Positions 51,184 through 64,000 of a stretch of DNA of 64,000 bases are shown one piece after another. The notes below the pieces were generated by a model, which was not told the DNA's origin, searched no databases, and saw only the letters and a program-made list of their open reading frames with translations. The stretch spans positions 38,878,061 through 38,942,060 of the forward strand of contig NC_068996.1 of the NCBI RefSeq assembly GCF_001194135.2. The letters run 5' to 3'. This DNA comes from Octopus bimaculoides (lineage: Eukaryota). Position numbers and translations under genes: made by a program. How positions within the stretch are numbered: position 1 is the first letter of the stretch; each line of letters begins with the position of its first letter.

Positions 51184-53130
51184 CTAGCAGAGGCACCCAG
51201 GGTTAGTTAACTAGGAATGAAATTGTTCCTTATATATTGGAAGAAAAAAAGCAAAATACATTGTATAGAAATTTGTTATTCTAAATTCAATTTATTCTTC
51301 AATTGGGAAATCAATTCAGAATTCATAATGCAAAAGTACTAATAAAAAATAAAAAGTCTTATATGCACAGTGTTCTGGAAGAAGTTCGGGTTCGTGTTCA
51401 TTCACAAATACAACCAAGTCTGTGATGTTATAATTTATCTCTCTTGCTATGTCTCTTGAAGTTAAACCATTAATTTGACAGTTTGTTTTTGGTAGTCCAG
51501 AGCCAGACTCTTGCAAATTTTTGTCTCCTATGGCCAAAACTTGATCTTCAACTTCAATCAGTGCTTGGTTAAAAATTGTTTCAGAGCACTGATTATTGAT
51601 ATGGAGGCATTGCACCATCCCTCCAGACTACATTAATAAGTTCATGAAGGGAGTGTATGATGTAATCACCACCAAATTGCAAGACCTTCAAAAATCAAAA
51701 TCAAAATGGAAATTGTAGTTGTGGCTGAAGCCAGTGCTGCCTGACTGGCACCCATGCCAGTGGCACGTAATAAGCACCATTCAAGCATGGGTCAACGCCA
51801 GTACTGCGTGACTGGCTCCCTATGCTGGTGGTACACAAAAAGCGCCATCTGAATACAGTCGATGCCAGTGCTACCTGACTGGCTCCCGTACAGGTGGCAC
51901 ATAAAAAGCACCCACTACACTCTTGGAATGGTTGCATTAGGAAGGGATTCCAGCTGTAGAAACCTTGCCAGATCTGATTGGAGCCTGGTGCAGCCAACTG
52001 GCTTTTCAGTCCCCCAGTCAAACCGTCCAACCCATGCCAGCATGGAAAACAGACGTTAAATGATGATGGGTTTGCCTGTTGAACTGCATACTTTAAGTCC
52101 TCAGCCATGTCCTCACAATGTTTCATCCAAAGTTGTAGGAGACTGCCAGGTTGACACATATTCAGTATAATTGCGAAAAAGGTTACAGAGTTTCCTTGGA
52201 GAATCTGATACTGATGATTCAGTCAATGCAAGGTCCCAATGTTCATCATTTTATNNNNNNNNNNNNNNNNNNNNNNNNNNNNNNNNNNNNNNNNNNNNNN
52301 NNNNNNNNNNNNNNNNNNNNNNNNNNNNNNNNNNNNNNNNNNNNNNNNNNNNNNNNNNNNNNNNNNNNNNNNNNNNNNNNNNNNNNNNNNNNNNNNNNNN
52401 NNNNNNNNNNNNNNNNNNNNNNNNNNNNNNNNNNNNNNNNNNNNNNNNNNNNNNNNNNNNNNNNNNNNNNNNNNNNNNNNNNNNNNNNNNNNNNNNNGCT
52501 TGGCCAATTGAGGGGGGGGGGGCACTGTATACTCTTACAAGAGCATCTGTCCCACATTTCCTCTTGTGCCATTTATTGTGTCTCCAGATGTAATACTCAA
52601 GTAATTGTGGGTAAAGGAGTTTTCTTACATCTTCATCTACTTAAAACAGTTTTCTTTTGAAGAAAGTCCTTGTTGCAAGATTGTTTGTTTTGTGAAGATA
52701 GCCCAGTGGTCATTCTCTATGTGGACACTCAGATGAATGATGGCTGGGTGCTTCTCATGAATGGGAAAATTGAAGATGCACCAAAAAGCCTCATTGGTAC
52801 TAATGTATCTTCTTCTATCATACTGTGCATCTTCATCATTTTTATTTATCAGCTGACTGCCATTCTGTATAAGAGTTTATGTTACAACATCTAAACCTTT
52901 GTTTATATATTTGCAAACATACTTGATAGTTATCCAACATTGACTTTGGCTACCTCTACTCATCTTGATTTCACTGTAGAATACTTATCGTCTACATCTA
53001 CCCCAACTCCTCTTCTACAGTGAGAACATGGTTCTTGGAAAATTTTACGTAAATTAAAATGGGGACTAAATGAAAAAATGAGTTCCATGAATATCTTCAC
53101 AAGAGTGATTGAAATAAATGGCGATTGTGG
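51184..53130 (-). mobile_element. Helitron RepHel remnant inside LAMTOR1 intron 5
   Basis: - strand translations IKYVCKYINKGLDV, RRYISTNEAFWCIFNFPIHEKHPAIIHLSVHIEN, TDALVRVYS, SPRKLCNLFAIILNMCQP..LW and FNQALIEVEDQVLAIGDKNL..REINYNITDL..EPELLPE; ends in CTAG (51184-51187) followed by T. Confidence 0.88.
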
Positions 53131-53186
53131 AACACCCCATGTGCACACACATGCACAAACACAGTATCAAACATTCGATGAAATGG

Positions 53187-53230
<44 letters not shown>

Positions 53231-53429
53231 AGTGGTGTGTTGTCATGTATATGCACATACATAAATATGCATACATCATTTTGTGTGTGTGTGTGTATGA
53301 AAGAGAGAGTGAATGCCACTTAGACATCACACTCTCTCTCTCTCTCTCTCACACACACATGTGCAAAAAAGATGTTTGCATATGTATTTATGTATGCACG
53401 TATACATGACAACACACCCTTTAACTCAC

Positions 53430-53470
<41 letters not shown>

Positions 53471-53805
53471 TGCATCACAAGTATGGAAGCAATCGGTGAA
53501 GCAATTTTTGTGTGAAAAGTGAATGCACACACATCTCTATTTTATATATTAGATTACATTGTCTTCACTTCAAAAAATGGGTTTATCAGAAGAAATTATT
53601 TCTAACATTATGATACAAGTAATGTAGGATGACAGTAAGTTTGTAGACTAACTTTATTTCCAGTTGGGAATGCATCAGTTATGCTCTTAGAACAGGAATT
53701 TCAATCTTTTATTTTTGCTCCTTCAGTCCCTTAGACAACCTTTAAAATCAGCCGTTGTATATAAAAGATTTCATATTAATAAATTATATTTCTGTTATAT
53801 TTCAG

Positions 53806-53898
53806 ATTAAAAAAGCAGCTGACCAAGCCTGTGATGCTTACAATCATATTCAAGTCAATCATAAAGAAGAATTAATAGTACCATTCAGGGTTTGTTAA
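53806..53898 (+). CDS. LAMTOR1: LAMTOR1 terminal coding exon 6 (IKKAADQACDAYNHIQVNHKEELIVPFRVC*)
   Basis: TTTCAG acceptor; IQVNHKEELIVPF matches the IRVDAKEELVVQF C-terminus; TAA at 53896-53898; total CDS 498 nt = 165 aa. Confidence 0.95.
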   Translation: MKKAADQACDAYNHIQVNHKEELIVPFRVC

Positions 53899-55330
53899 GT
53901 CTAAACTCCCCTTCCAAATGAATGATTTTTTTAAGAAAAAAAAAAGAAAAAAACAAAACAAAAGACATTAGCAAAATCCAATGTGTGCTTGCTTTCACTT
54001 ACCCACACGCACACTCACTCATGGCTGCTGCTGCATCGCTACCAGCGGATGCTGTGCACTTATTGGTGAATGTTAACACATGTATTGGCTTGGTCTCACA
54101 CACACACACACATACATACACACACACATACATACACACACACATACATATACAGACACATACACACATACACAAACACACGTTTTCCCCGAAAGTTGTA
54201 TCTTTCTTAACGAATGTTTCATTATAAAAATTGAAAAAATAGGAAAATGTTCTTTCTCCCATCAGATTGCTGATCATGGGCTATGTGAGTAAAATGGGAG
54301 ACAGATGATGCTGTTTGTTCAATCTAAAATTCTTTACCAGTGTCCTATTAACATACAATTAATAAAAAGCTAGATGGTTTTCAACTATGCTACATTTTCA
54401 AAATTTATCTTAAATGTTTTATTACCTTTAATTGAAAATAAAATCTTTTGACATTTCTTTTTTTTAAAAGATATTTGCCCATAACATATTTTTGTATTTG
54501 TTAACAACTTGAACAGTGAAAATATGCAGGCTGTAAATATTATATCCCATTAAATCAATATTATTTTTATTTTAAAACAAAAATGGGATAAATATGTAAT
54601 TTATAGTAAAAAAAACATGTAATACAAAAGGAGTAGTCCATCTAAGTTTCTTCTTGAATAGAGTAGTAAATAAAGGAGAAAAAAGAAACATGAAAGAATA
54701 CTGAGAGAGATTGAAAATGGAGAAATGAATAACTTGTCTTCATGGCACCCCTCCCTCCACTGCTGGCTTGCATACAAAGAATATATGAGCTTGTTTAGAG
54801 CACACTAAATTTTCACAGTGAATGTAACATAACTAGAAATTGCTCTTGAAGCACAGAATCAGTACAAAATGCTTTTATTTCCTTTTATTTGGCTTGTTTG
54901 TTCTATTTGGAAAGTACTATGAGAAAATAAAATGTATGTGTATTTTATACTTTAGGTGCAAAATTGTTAATTACAATCTCCTTTGTGGAGGTAAGATTCA
55001 AATGAGTGATATTTTGAGATACAGTAACAATAGTTGTTATAAAAAGATCGTAGTAAATTAGAATGATTGTGTGCTGTGAAAACAGTGATATATATATATA
55101 CTTTATTTAAAAGCAGCAGAAATAAAGCACATTTTATGTGCTTACTCCGGTATATATATATAAATTGTAGTGCTGCTCATTAGTGTGCTTGCAAATGATG
55201 GCCAAATATAGTTTTGATTAATTATGATTATTTGTTACATATTTGCACCTTTTACTCTTGTGATATTTTGTATCCACTTTAAAACCCTCTTACAGTTATT
55301 TGCGAATTTATTTTGCGTGCAGCATGTGTA

Positions 55331-55366
<36 letters not shown>

Positions 55367-55457
55367 AATAAAAAAGAAGAAAATGCACAATTTTTTATTG
55401 TAATTAATCAAATTATTGCAAAATATATTATTACATACCGGTTTCACTTCTAATGTA

Positions 55458-56396
55458 CAAGGTGCATTCCAGAAGTTTTGAAACTTTTTCAAGAGAAACA
55501 TTTATTGATTTCAAAGTTGGTTACTGTCACTTCAATGCATTTGTTGTAGTTCTCCAATCACTTCATGAACACCCAATGGAAGCCCTCCAAAGTGAAGATG
55601 TCCAGGACACCTTGTCAAAGCCTCCTTCATCTTCATCTTTCGAAACAGCTGCCTTTGAGGTTCCCTTTCAACTTGAAGAACAGCCAAAAGTCACAGAGAG
55701 CAAGATCTGGATTGTAGGGGGGGAAGGTGAGGGACGGTTTTGATGCCTATCACTGTCAAGTAGTTGGTTAGCAGAATGGAATTATGACTGCTGCATTGTC
55801 CAGGTGCCACTGGCCTGAGTGGAAGAGCTCTGACTTTTTGTAACAAATAAAATCTCGTCCTAAACTCTTAAAAAAACCTCCAAGTACTCTTAGTTGATCA
55901 CCTGGCCCAAGGGAACCTAGTGGATGTAGATAATACCCTTACTATCAAAAAAGGGGGCTAATAATGAGCTTTCCACTGGACTTGCTTTGCCTGGCATTCT
56001 TGGGTTTGGGGGAGTCAGGATGCTTCCACTGGGCACTCTGTCTCTTGGTCTCTGGATCATATCAGTAGATCCAGCTTTTGTTACAAGTTACCAGAGACCC
56101 ACGTACTCTTGGATTGGAGGTAACAAGCTAGACCATCTCCCTGTTGTCAACAACGAATCTTTCCTTCAGTTTATCATGAAGCACCCTGGAAACAAAGTTT
56201 AGTAGGGTGTGTTCAAAGTGTTGTTACAACAATCTCCTTCAACCTGGAATAAAAGTTGGGGGGTGGGGAGGTCAGATTATATATACATATATTATATAGT
56301 ATATAATGATTTACTAAAATTACAATAATCCAGGACAATTATAATTGCTTCTCTTAAAAAAAATAAAAAGGTTCAAACCTTCTAGAATGTACCTTG
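55458..56396 (-). mobile_element. Internally deleted mariner element with TIRs and TA TSD
   Basis: TA-CAAGGTGCATTCCAGAAGTTTTGAAACTTTT ... AAAAGGTTCAAACCTTCTAGAATGTACCTTG-TA; - strand remnant PPYNPDLALCDFWLFFKLK..YNKCIE. Confidence 0.9.
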
Positions 56397-56528
56397 TACC
56401 TGATTATCAAGTATCAGAAATGAAACAAGTATGTAAGAACATTTTGGAATAATTTATTTACATTACAAAAGGAATTGTTAATTTTCTTTTTATTTTCTAC
56501 CTTGTGACTTGTGTAAAATATTTTAAGC

Positions 56529-56569
<41 letters not shown>

Positions 56570-59394
56570 AAATACTAACATTTATTTGACTGAGCTTCCA
56601 CATTTTTTTTTAATCTATCTAATGTCTTCATCTGAAATATTGATGGGGGAGTGACAGTGGCATAAATCACAGGTGATTCCAATATTCTATTACTACATAA
56701 GAAATAAACTCACATTTAATTTATTTGAATACATTTAGAACCATTTCGACAGCACTGTGTTAATCATATAACATAGAACTAGACATGCCTCAACAGAGGC
56801 TGCTGGTCTGACTTATAGTTTTATTAGTTAATTTTTTTTTTTTTTTTTCTTTTCAACTACAAGAGGGAACAGGAAGTCAATGGCCCTTTTAGTACACCAA
56901 AAATTTATACATCTTAGATAAATCAATGAAGCTCCCGAACAGTTTATAAATTTCTTGGAGAGAAATGAACATCTTCCAGATTGATTATAGGAGGATATGA
57001 AACAAACTTGTTCTGATTCCTTATTTGTCTGTTATATTATGAAAGTTGTCACTAACCATGCAATAAAAACTGATGTTGCTTAAGCCAGTTATATCTATTT
57101 GAGCTAATAATTGTGATCAGGCATATAGATGTGATGGTATAACTGTACTGGGTACGTTTAAAAAGTATATTTTCAGATTTCAGTTCTAGGTATGTTGTTT
57201 CAATAATACCATTAATGTTCTTAAGAGCGGTGGACTTTAATCCTGAAGGAAGTAACCAACATTTAAGTCTGTAGGGCTAATCACTTAGTTACATTTTTCA
57301 TTAATAATGTTTTAAAAATTTGAATATCTTATGGGAATAAGATGACTTAGTGAAATTACTAATTCTGGGTAGTAAGTGTCTTATACAAATACATTTATTG
57401 TTTGTTAATGCATCTACTAAGTTACCATAAAATTCCATAGAACTCTGAATAGCTGAGTTTGTTTAGAGTAAAACAAAGGGGGCGACTACTCAAGTTTAAG
57501 TGGAATATGCATATCTACAGCTTGTTCCATAACTGCACTGATATTAGTGACACATTGGATGAAATAAATGCTACAAACTACTTGATAACTGAAACAGGTA
57601 ATGTGATTTTGAGAAAAAACTTCAGCCTTATTTGCTAAAGGTTTTACTCCTGTTAACTAAAGAAACCATTATAACAGTGCTATGAGAATATTGATATGTT
57701 AAATTCTTACCCTTGAGATTTTAAGAGCAAATCCTACTACATAAAAATACAAACATAATACAACACTAACTTCTTTTCCTTTTCTCTTATGACCTCACCA
57801 AAAGTTAGCTTAATTTAGTGTTGATCCTTTTGGAAAAGAAGTTAATTTTCAATTACCCCTATGTATAGCTATTTGGGATATTTTTTTTTTAAGTAGGTGT
57901 ACAAAAAGGATGATATTCAGAATAAAAGCTATTTTGGCATCAAAAATAATCTAGTTAAGCCTATTTTATTAGGACATATTTTTGTTTAAAATCTTCCTAG
58001 TGGATAATACCCACATCATAAAAAAAATTAAAACTCTCAAAACCGTTTTTCTTCTTAAATTGGAAAAAGCTGTTTTTTCCAATGATCACCAGCAACTGTA
58101 CTTAAAATTTCAGTACATATTTCCAACCATATATTTGTATGCCTACTATATCCTTATAATTTATTTTTGTATGTATTCACAGCATACCTGGTTTATTTTT
58201 TTTTAAAGGAAAAAAAAAAAAATTACTAGCATTTCAATCCAGTTCTTTTTTTATTGTAATGTTTAAACCTTTTTTTTTTTTCCATTTTTTTTTTAATGGC
58301 TTGTACACATGCTTTTTATAAGAAATGTACTTCAACAAAAAGAATCTGATGCATTAAAGTTCCTTTATTTGTCTTAGATCCTTAATTATTATAATTATTA
58401 CTAACACTATCTTAATTGGTCCGTTTCCTCTTTGAAAACATATCACTTAAGAAAGTCATTCACATCACAAAATATGGTTTCCTAGTATTAAAATCTGGAG
58501 CTTTATGCCACAAAAGAAATTATTACCAGAATCAGNNNNNNNNNNNNNNNNNNNNNNNNNNNNNNNNNNNNNNNNNNNNNNNNNNNNNNNNNNNNNNNNN
58601 NNNNNNNNNNNNNNNNNNNNNNNNNNNNNNNNNNNNNNNNNNNNNNNNNNNNNNNNNNNNNNNNNNNNNNNNNNNNNNNNNNNNNNNNNNNNNNNNNNNN
58701 NNNNNNNNNNNNNNNNNNNNNNNNNNNNNNNNNNNNNNNNNNNNNNNNNNNNNNNNNNNNNNNNNNNNNNNNNNNNNNNNNNNNNNNNNNNNNNNNNNNN
58801 NNNNNNNNNNNNNNNNNNNNNNNNNNNNNNNNNNNNNNNNNNNNNNNNNNNNNNNNNNNNNNNNNNNNNNNNNNNNNNNNNNNNNNNNNNNNNNNNNNNN
58901 NNNNNNNNNNNNNNNNNNNNNNNNNNNNNNNNNNNNNNNNNNNNNNNNNNNNNNNNNNNNNNNNNNNNNNNNNNNNNNNNNNNNNNNNNNNNNNNNNNNN
59001 NNNNNNNNNNNNNNNNNNNNNNNNNNNNNNNNNNNNNNNNNNNNNNNNNNNNNNNNNNNNNNNNNNNNNNNNNNNNNNNNNNNNNNNNNNNNNNNNNNNN
59101 NNNNNNNNNNNNNNNNNNNNNNNNNNNNNNNNNNNNNNNNNNNNNNNNNNNNNNNNNNNNNNNNNNNNNNNNNNNNNNNNNNNNNNNNNNNNNNNNNNNN
59201 NNNNNNNNNNNNNNNNNNNNNNNNNNNNNNNNNNNNNNNNNNNNNNNNNNNNNNNNNNNNNNNNNNNNNNNNNNNNNNNNNNNNNNNNNNNNNNNNNNNN
59301 NNNNNNNNNNNNNNNNNNNNNNNNNNNNNNNNNNNNNNNNNNNNNNNNNNCCCTTGTGGCAAAATTTTAAACGATTATTATTATTAAATTTTCA

Positions 59395-60960
59395 AAGATG
59401 GCAAGCTAGCAGAATCATTAGCACACCAGGCAAAATGCTAAGTGGTATTTTGTTTGTCTTTATGTCCTGAGTTCAAATGCCACTGAGGTCAAGAAAATAA
59501 GTACCAGTTGAGCACTGGAAACAGTTTAATCGACTTAATCCTTGCCCCTAAATTGCTGGCCTTGTGCCAAAATTTGAAATTATCATCATCATTATTATTA
59601 TTACTACTACTACTAAGGCGGCAAGCTGGCAGAAATGTTAGCACGACAAAGTGCCTACCAGTATTTCTCCTATCGCTACGTTCTGAGTTCAAATTCCATC
59701 AAGGTCAACTTTGCCTTTTATCCTTTCAGAGTCAATAAATTACATACCAGTTGCATACTGGGGGTCAATCTAATCGACTGGTCCCCTCCCCAAAAATTTC
59801 AGGTCTTGTGCCTAGAGTAGAAAGGAATAAATTATGTACCAGTTGAACACTGGGATAGATGTAATCAACTAGTTCCCTCCCCCAAAATGGCTGTCTTTGT
59901 GGAAAAATTTGAAACCATGATTATTATTATTATTAGTAAGGTGGCAAGCTGGCAGAACTGTTAGCATGCTGGGCGAAATACTCAGCGGTACTTTGTCTGC
60001 CGTTATGTTCTGAGTTCAAATTCCGCCAAGGTCAACTTTGCCTTTCATTCTTTTGAGGTCGATAAATTAAGTACCAGTTATGCACTGGAGTCGATGTAAT
60101 CGACTTAATCCCTTTGTCTATCCTTGTTTGTCCCCTCTATGTTTAGCCCCTTGTGGGCAATAAAGAAATAAGAACTGTTAGTATGCTGGGCAAAATGCTT
60201 AGCAGCATTTTGTTTATCTTTATGTTCTGAGTTCAAATTCCGCTGAAGTTGATTTTGCCTTTCATCCTTTTGGGGTCGATAAAATAAGTACCAGTTGAAC
60301 ACTGGAGTTCATGTAATCAACTTACCCCCCACTCTGAAACTGCTGGCCTTGTGCCCAAATTTGAAGCCATTAAGATGGCGAAAGCGTTGAGCTGGCAGAA
60401 TCATTAGCACACCAGGCAAAATGCTTAGCGGTATTTCATCTGTCCTTACGTTCTGAGTTCAAATTCCACCAGGGTCGACTTTGCCTTTCATCCTTTCATG
60501 GTTGATGAATTAAGTATCATGGAACATTAGAGGTTGATGTAATTGACTAGTCCCCTCCCCTCCCCCTTGCGCCTTTAATAGAAAGAATTAAGGTGGTGAG
60601 CTGGCAGAATTGTTAGCACTCTGGACAATGCTTAGTGACATTTCTTTTGACTTTACATTTTGTGTTCAAATGCCACCAAGGTTTAATTTGGCTTCCATCC
60701 TTTTGAGGTCAATAAAATACCAGTTAAGCTCTGGAGTCAGTGTAATTAACTGGCCTTTCCCACCAAATTTCAGGCTTGTGCTTATAGTAGAAAAAATTAC
60801 AGATACACATTGGATTGGTAGTTGATGGGGTGGGGTAAAGCATTGGACAAAATGCCTTGCGATATTTGTTACTTTACATTCTGAATTCAAGTCCTGCCGA
60901 AGTCATCTCTGTCTTTAAGTCCTTCTGGGATTGATAGAAGAGAGTACCAGTGATGTCAGC
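59395..60960 (+). mobile_element. Head-to-tail cluster of about 8 tRNA-derived SINE copies
   Basis: Heads or B boxes (gagttcaaattcc-like) at about 59395, 59615, 59938, 60173, 60372, 60591 and 60830, plus a headless tail at about 59829; all in the same orientation. Confidence 0.88.
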
Positions 60961-63900
60961 TTGACAACCTCTTCCAACCAAATTTTAAAAAAATAATATT
61001 TCTCTCACACAAAAAGAGTTATGTTCAATACAATGTTGGAACTAACAGATACAGAACACACACTTCCCAAGCCTTTCCTGATAACATCAATTTTTTTTTT
61101 TTTTTTTTGGTATTACTTTGGAGAACAGGGCAGTGTTCAAAGCCATTGCACATCCTCTCAAACATTGCCACCACAAAAATCAAATTTCTAATCTGATCAA
61201 CTATTTAACAAGAAAAAGAGAGAAAGAAAATTCTATATTTGTATCAAAGAATCAAGAGAGTTACAGAAAAACGTATCTTTCTGGAAGGAAAAAGAAATTC
61301 TGTATTTTTTAACTTCTCCATCTTGATCAGTATTTTGAAGCAAGGACATTTATTTTATATCCATTTTATTTATTTCTTGCATGGGTATGACAGGTCTTCT
61401 CCAGCACTGCATCTTATTTGTTGTTGTTTTTTGTTATTTTTTTTGTGAGGTTCAGTCTTCCAAAATCAGCTTTTACAAGTTCTTCTTCTATTGCACTTCT
61501 TTGTCTAACTATCATCATTCATATGCAGCACATATCCATACCAACACAATTTACACACTGCATCTCATTCCTTTTAATGACCCAGTTTTTCCTCTCAGCT
61601 CGTTATTTCACAACCCATACTCGCATGGAAAGCGGACGTTAAACGATGATGATGATGATGATGATGATGATTACATATCCAGCAGAGCATGCTCACCTCG
61701 CCTCATTTCTTTCTAGCTGTCACATATCCCCCACACATTCAATTCCAATGTTTCATAGCCATGCAATATTGCACTTCATCCACAAGAATCACACAATCTA
61801 GTCTTCGTTTAAAGAGAAACTCTTATTCTTGCCAGCAGAAGCAATAGCTCTCTGAATTTTTTCCCCATCTTATTCCGACTACTTTGCTTATGGAACACCC
61901 ATCACCAATACTTACTAGGTGACAGAAACCATCAAGTACTTCTTGGTAAACCTTTCGATGTCTTTCCCCAAATCTACAAATCCTAGGTATAGTACCTTTT
62001 CCAGTAGTTGCAAAGAATTTCTTTTATAATTACCTCTAAGAAAAGATTTCCTAGTCCTAAGATGGTTCCTAATCCTGGCACGTACCCTTCTGAATCTCTT
62101 TCCTATCAGCTGTGATGCTACTGTATATTTTTAAATTAAGAAAACTTTTTTTACCTACTGGGTTTTATGGAAGGGATAGTGCTTATAGCCTTAGCAGGTC
62201 TTCTTGAAACCAGTGAGAATGATGCTACTAATGTTCTTCTGTTTAAACTGTTGTAAGTTAATAGCTGAGAGCTGAGATTTATGGAGTGGTGAACAGGTGC
62301 AGTACAGTGGAGAGAGAAGTCAATTGAGAATGCTTGAGTGGAGGAAGTATAAAATCAGCCAACTTTAAGGAGTAAAGGCCATAAATATTAACAGGCCATT
62401 GATTTGATTCTTATTTAATTGCTTCTTTCTAGAATATTTGCTTCATTCTTGCAACAGTTATGATGTATTAACTGCACCGGTAAAATGGAATACAAGCAAT
62501 TGTCATTCTGATGTTCAGTACTGTTTCCTATTTTGGCAGATATTTTTAGTATCTTTATAACAGCCAAACTGTCCTCATATCCTTCATGGCCCTTTTAACT
62601 ATAACTCAACTTCAATAAGTGGAGCCTCTGCTGAATGCACTAGTCAATTTCTCCTCATGCATTCTCATTCAGCGATCTCTTGCAGTAGCACAGAAATGCT
62701 GCTGCAATGTGTTTCTTCTCAGTGGCAGCAAATGCATGGCTACAATTATAACTTATATTTAAAAAGAAAATGTTAAGTAAATTACTTGCATTGTCCACCC
62801 ATATTTTTTTTAAACTCCCATAATTGTATTTAAAAAAAACCCACTCTGCAGCATAGTTACAAGCAGATATCTAAAGTGTATAATAAATAACTAGACTGAG
62901 TATAACTTTAATCAATGAGTTAATTCTCTCAGAAGACAAAAAGAAAAAAAACAATCTCCAATTATTTATATAAAATTTTACGACATTCTGATGTTAATAT
63001 TATTTCAAATGCTTATCTGCCTTAAAAAAATACAATCTAAATAAGAAGTAATTGTTTAGGGACAATGTTTTAAACAATCAAATGATTATCAAAGATGATA
63101 ATGATGAATGTTATTATTTTCTGTTTCATTAGGAGAAAAAAATATAGTGAAATGACTGAATCCTACTGTCTTATGAAACTTCTTTTACTGGACCCAGAAG
63201 ACTGAAAAGCAAAGTCATCTTTAGTGGGATCAAGATTATTTGACTTCCTAGAAAAAGTATCGAATTTCCTTCAAACCACATCTATTTTGTGAATAAAAAT
63301 GTACACAGATGGATCAAAAAAACAAAAAGAGAAGGTGGAACAAGGCACTAATCCATGAAATACCAACAGTGAAACTGGCAACTGAAACAGACAATAATGC
63401 AACCAAAAGCACCATTAAGGATATGAAGTCAGAGAACGTAGTTGAACTACCAAGTTTAATTACTAAGATGCTGAGAAATGAATAGAAATTTTTTCATCTG
63501 GTATCTGCTTCTTCAGGGTTGAATGACAGCTATGTAAAGCATGATGCCAGACTTATTGTTTTAGACATCTTCAGCAGCTTAATATATTGTATGTGATAAT
63601 GGTAGGAAATCAAAAACAGCTCAAGAGAAATTAAAATAAATTAATTCATGAAGTTTTCATTTACAGATGAGAAAATTAGATCTAAATTTTGAATAATTTT
63701 GTGAGAAAGCATTTATGAAATAAACACTCTCCACACACAAGCTGCTGAGATTTTAAGACCTTGTCCATTGTCTGTCTTTACACCTTGGTAATGTAATCCA
63801 AAAGAAAAGTGCAAAAGGAATTCTTGGCAGAGTGATTGAAATTAAAAGTTTCATAACCATTGGAGACAACCATACTTTCAAGAATGGGATATGAAATTAT

Positions 63901-64000
63901 AAATAAGCTATTGTCACCAGCTATACTCTCTCTTCAGAGTCATTGTCATCATTTTAGCATCCACTTATCCGTGCTTGAATGGGTCAGTTGAGGCTGATTT

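Noticed and set aside
53884-53898. C-terminal Cys of LAMTOR1 (FRVC) as a prenylation signal
   Set aside because: The Cys is the last residue, not at -4, so it is not a CaaX or CC/CXC motif.
63290-63480. MYTDGSK (RNase H-like) and a 58-codon frame
   Set aside because: The motif is short, surrounded by stops, and no second catalytic motif is convincingly present; at most LINE debris.

Overview
AT-rich, repeat-dense eukaryotic DNA from a gapped assembly (six N-runs). The repeat content (tRNA-derived SINEs, 5'-truncated RTE LINE 3' ends with (GAT)n tails, Penelope elements) looks like a cephalopod/Octopus genome; that taxon call is recollection, not proof. One protein-coding gene is confidently reconstructed by hand: LAMTOR1 (Ragulator subunit p18), + strand, six coding exons (30121-30159, 31256-31332, 48534-48614, 48774-48851, 50620-50749, 53806-53898), all introns GT-AG and phase-consistent, 165 aa (MGCCFSKKQDKDKYSGPDENDGLLQDPANVDSPSLHTGSFLTECGEHSDKVDEQSKLGRILQTTARNIIDVAAMEPQSMEHNEYHDKAKLYSDKLNSALNGSGRIRTYKTQLPNSTNNPQVILSSQPLPSTDLLLIKKAADQACDAYNHIQVNHKEELIVPFRVC). 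Most of the rest is transposon debris: Penelope-like elements, RTE and R4-type LINEs, two Tc1/mariner elements, a Helitron inside LAMTOR1 intron 5, TTAA-flanked piggyBac-like and other MITEs, SINEs and microsatellites. Nearly all ORFs in the supplied track are spurious or TE remnants. The most notable unexplained signals are minimal type-I hammerhead ribozyme motifs (a near-intact one at 15794-15836 and a degenerate inverted pair at 71-132 / 1423-1488), a head-to-tail pile-up of about 8 SINEs at 59.4-61.0 kb, and a possible divergent spliced transcript upstream of LAMTOR1 (low confidence).
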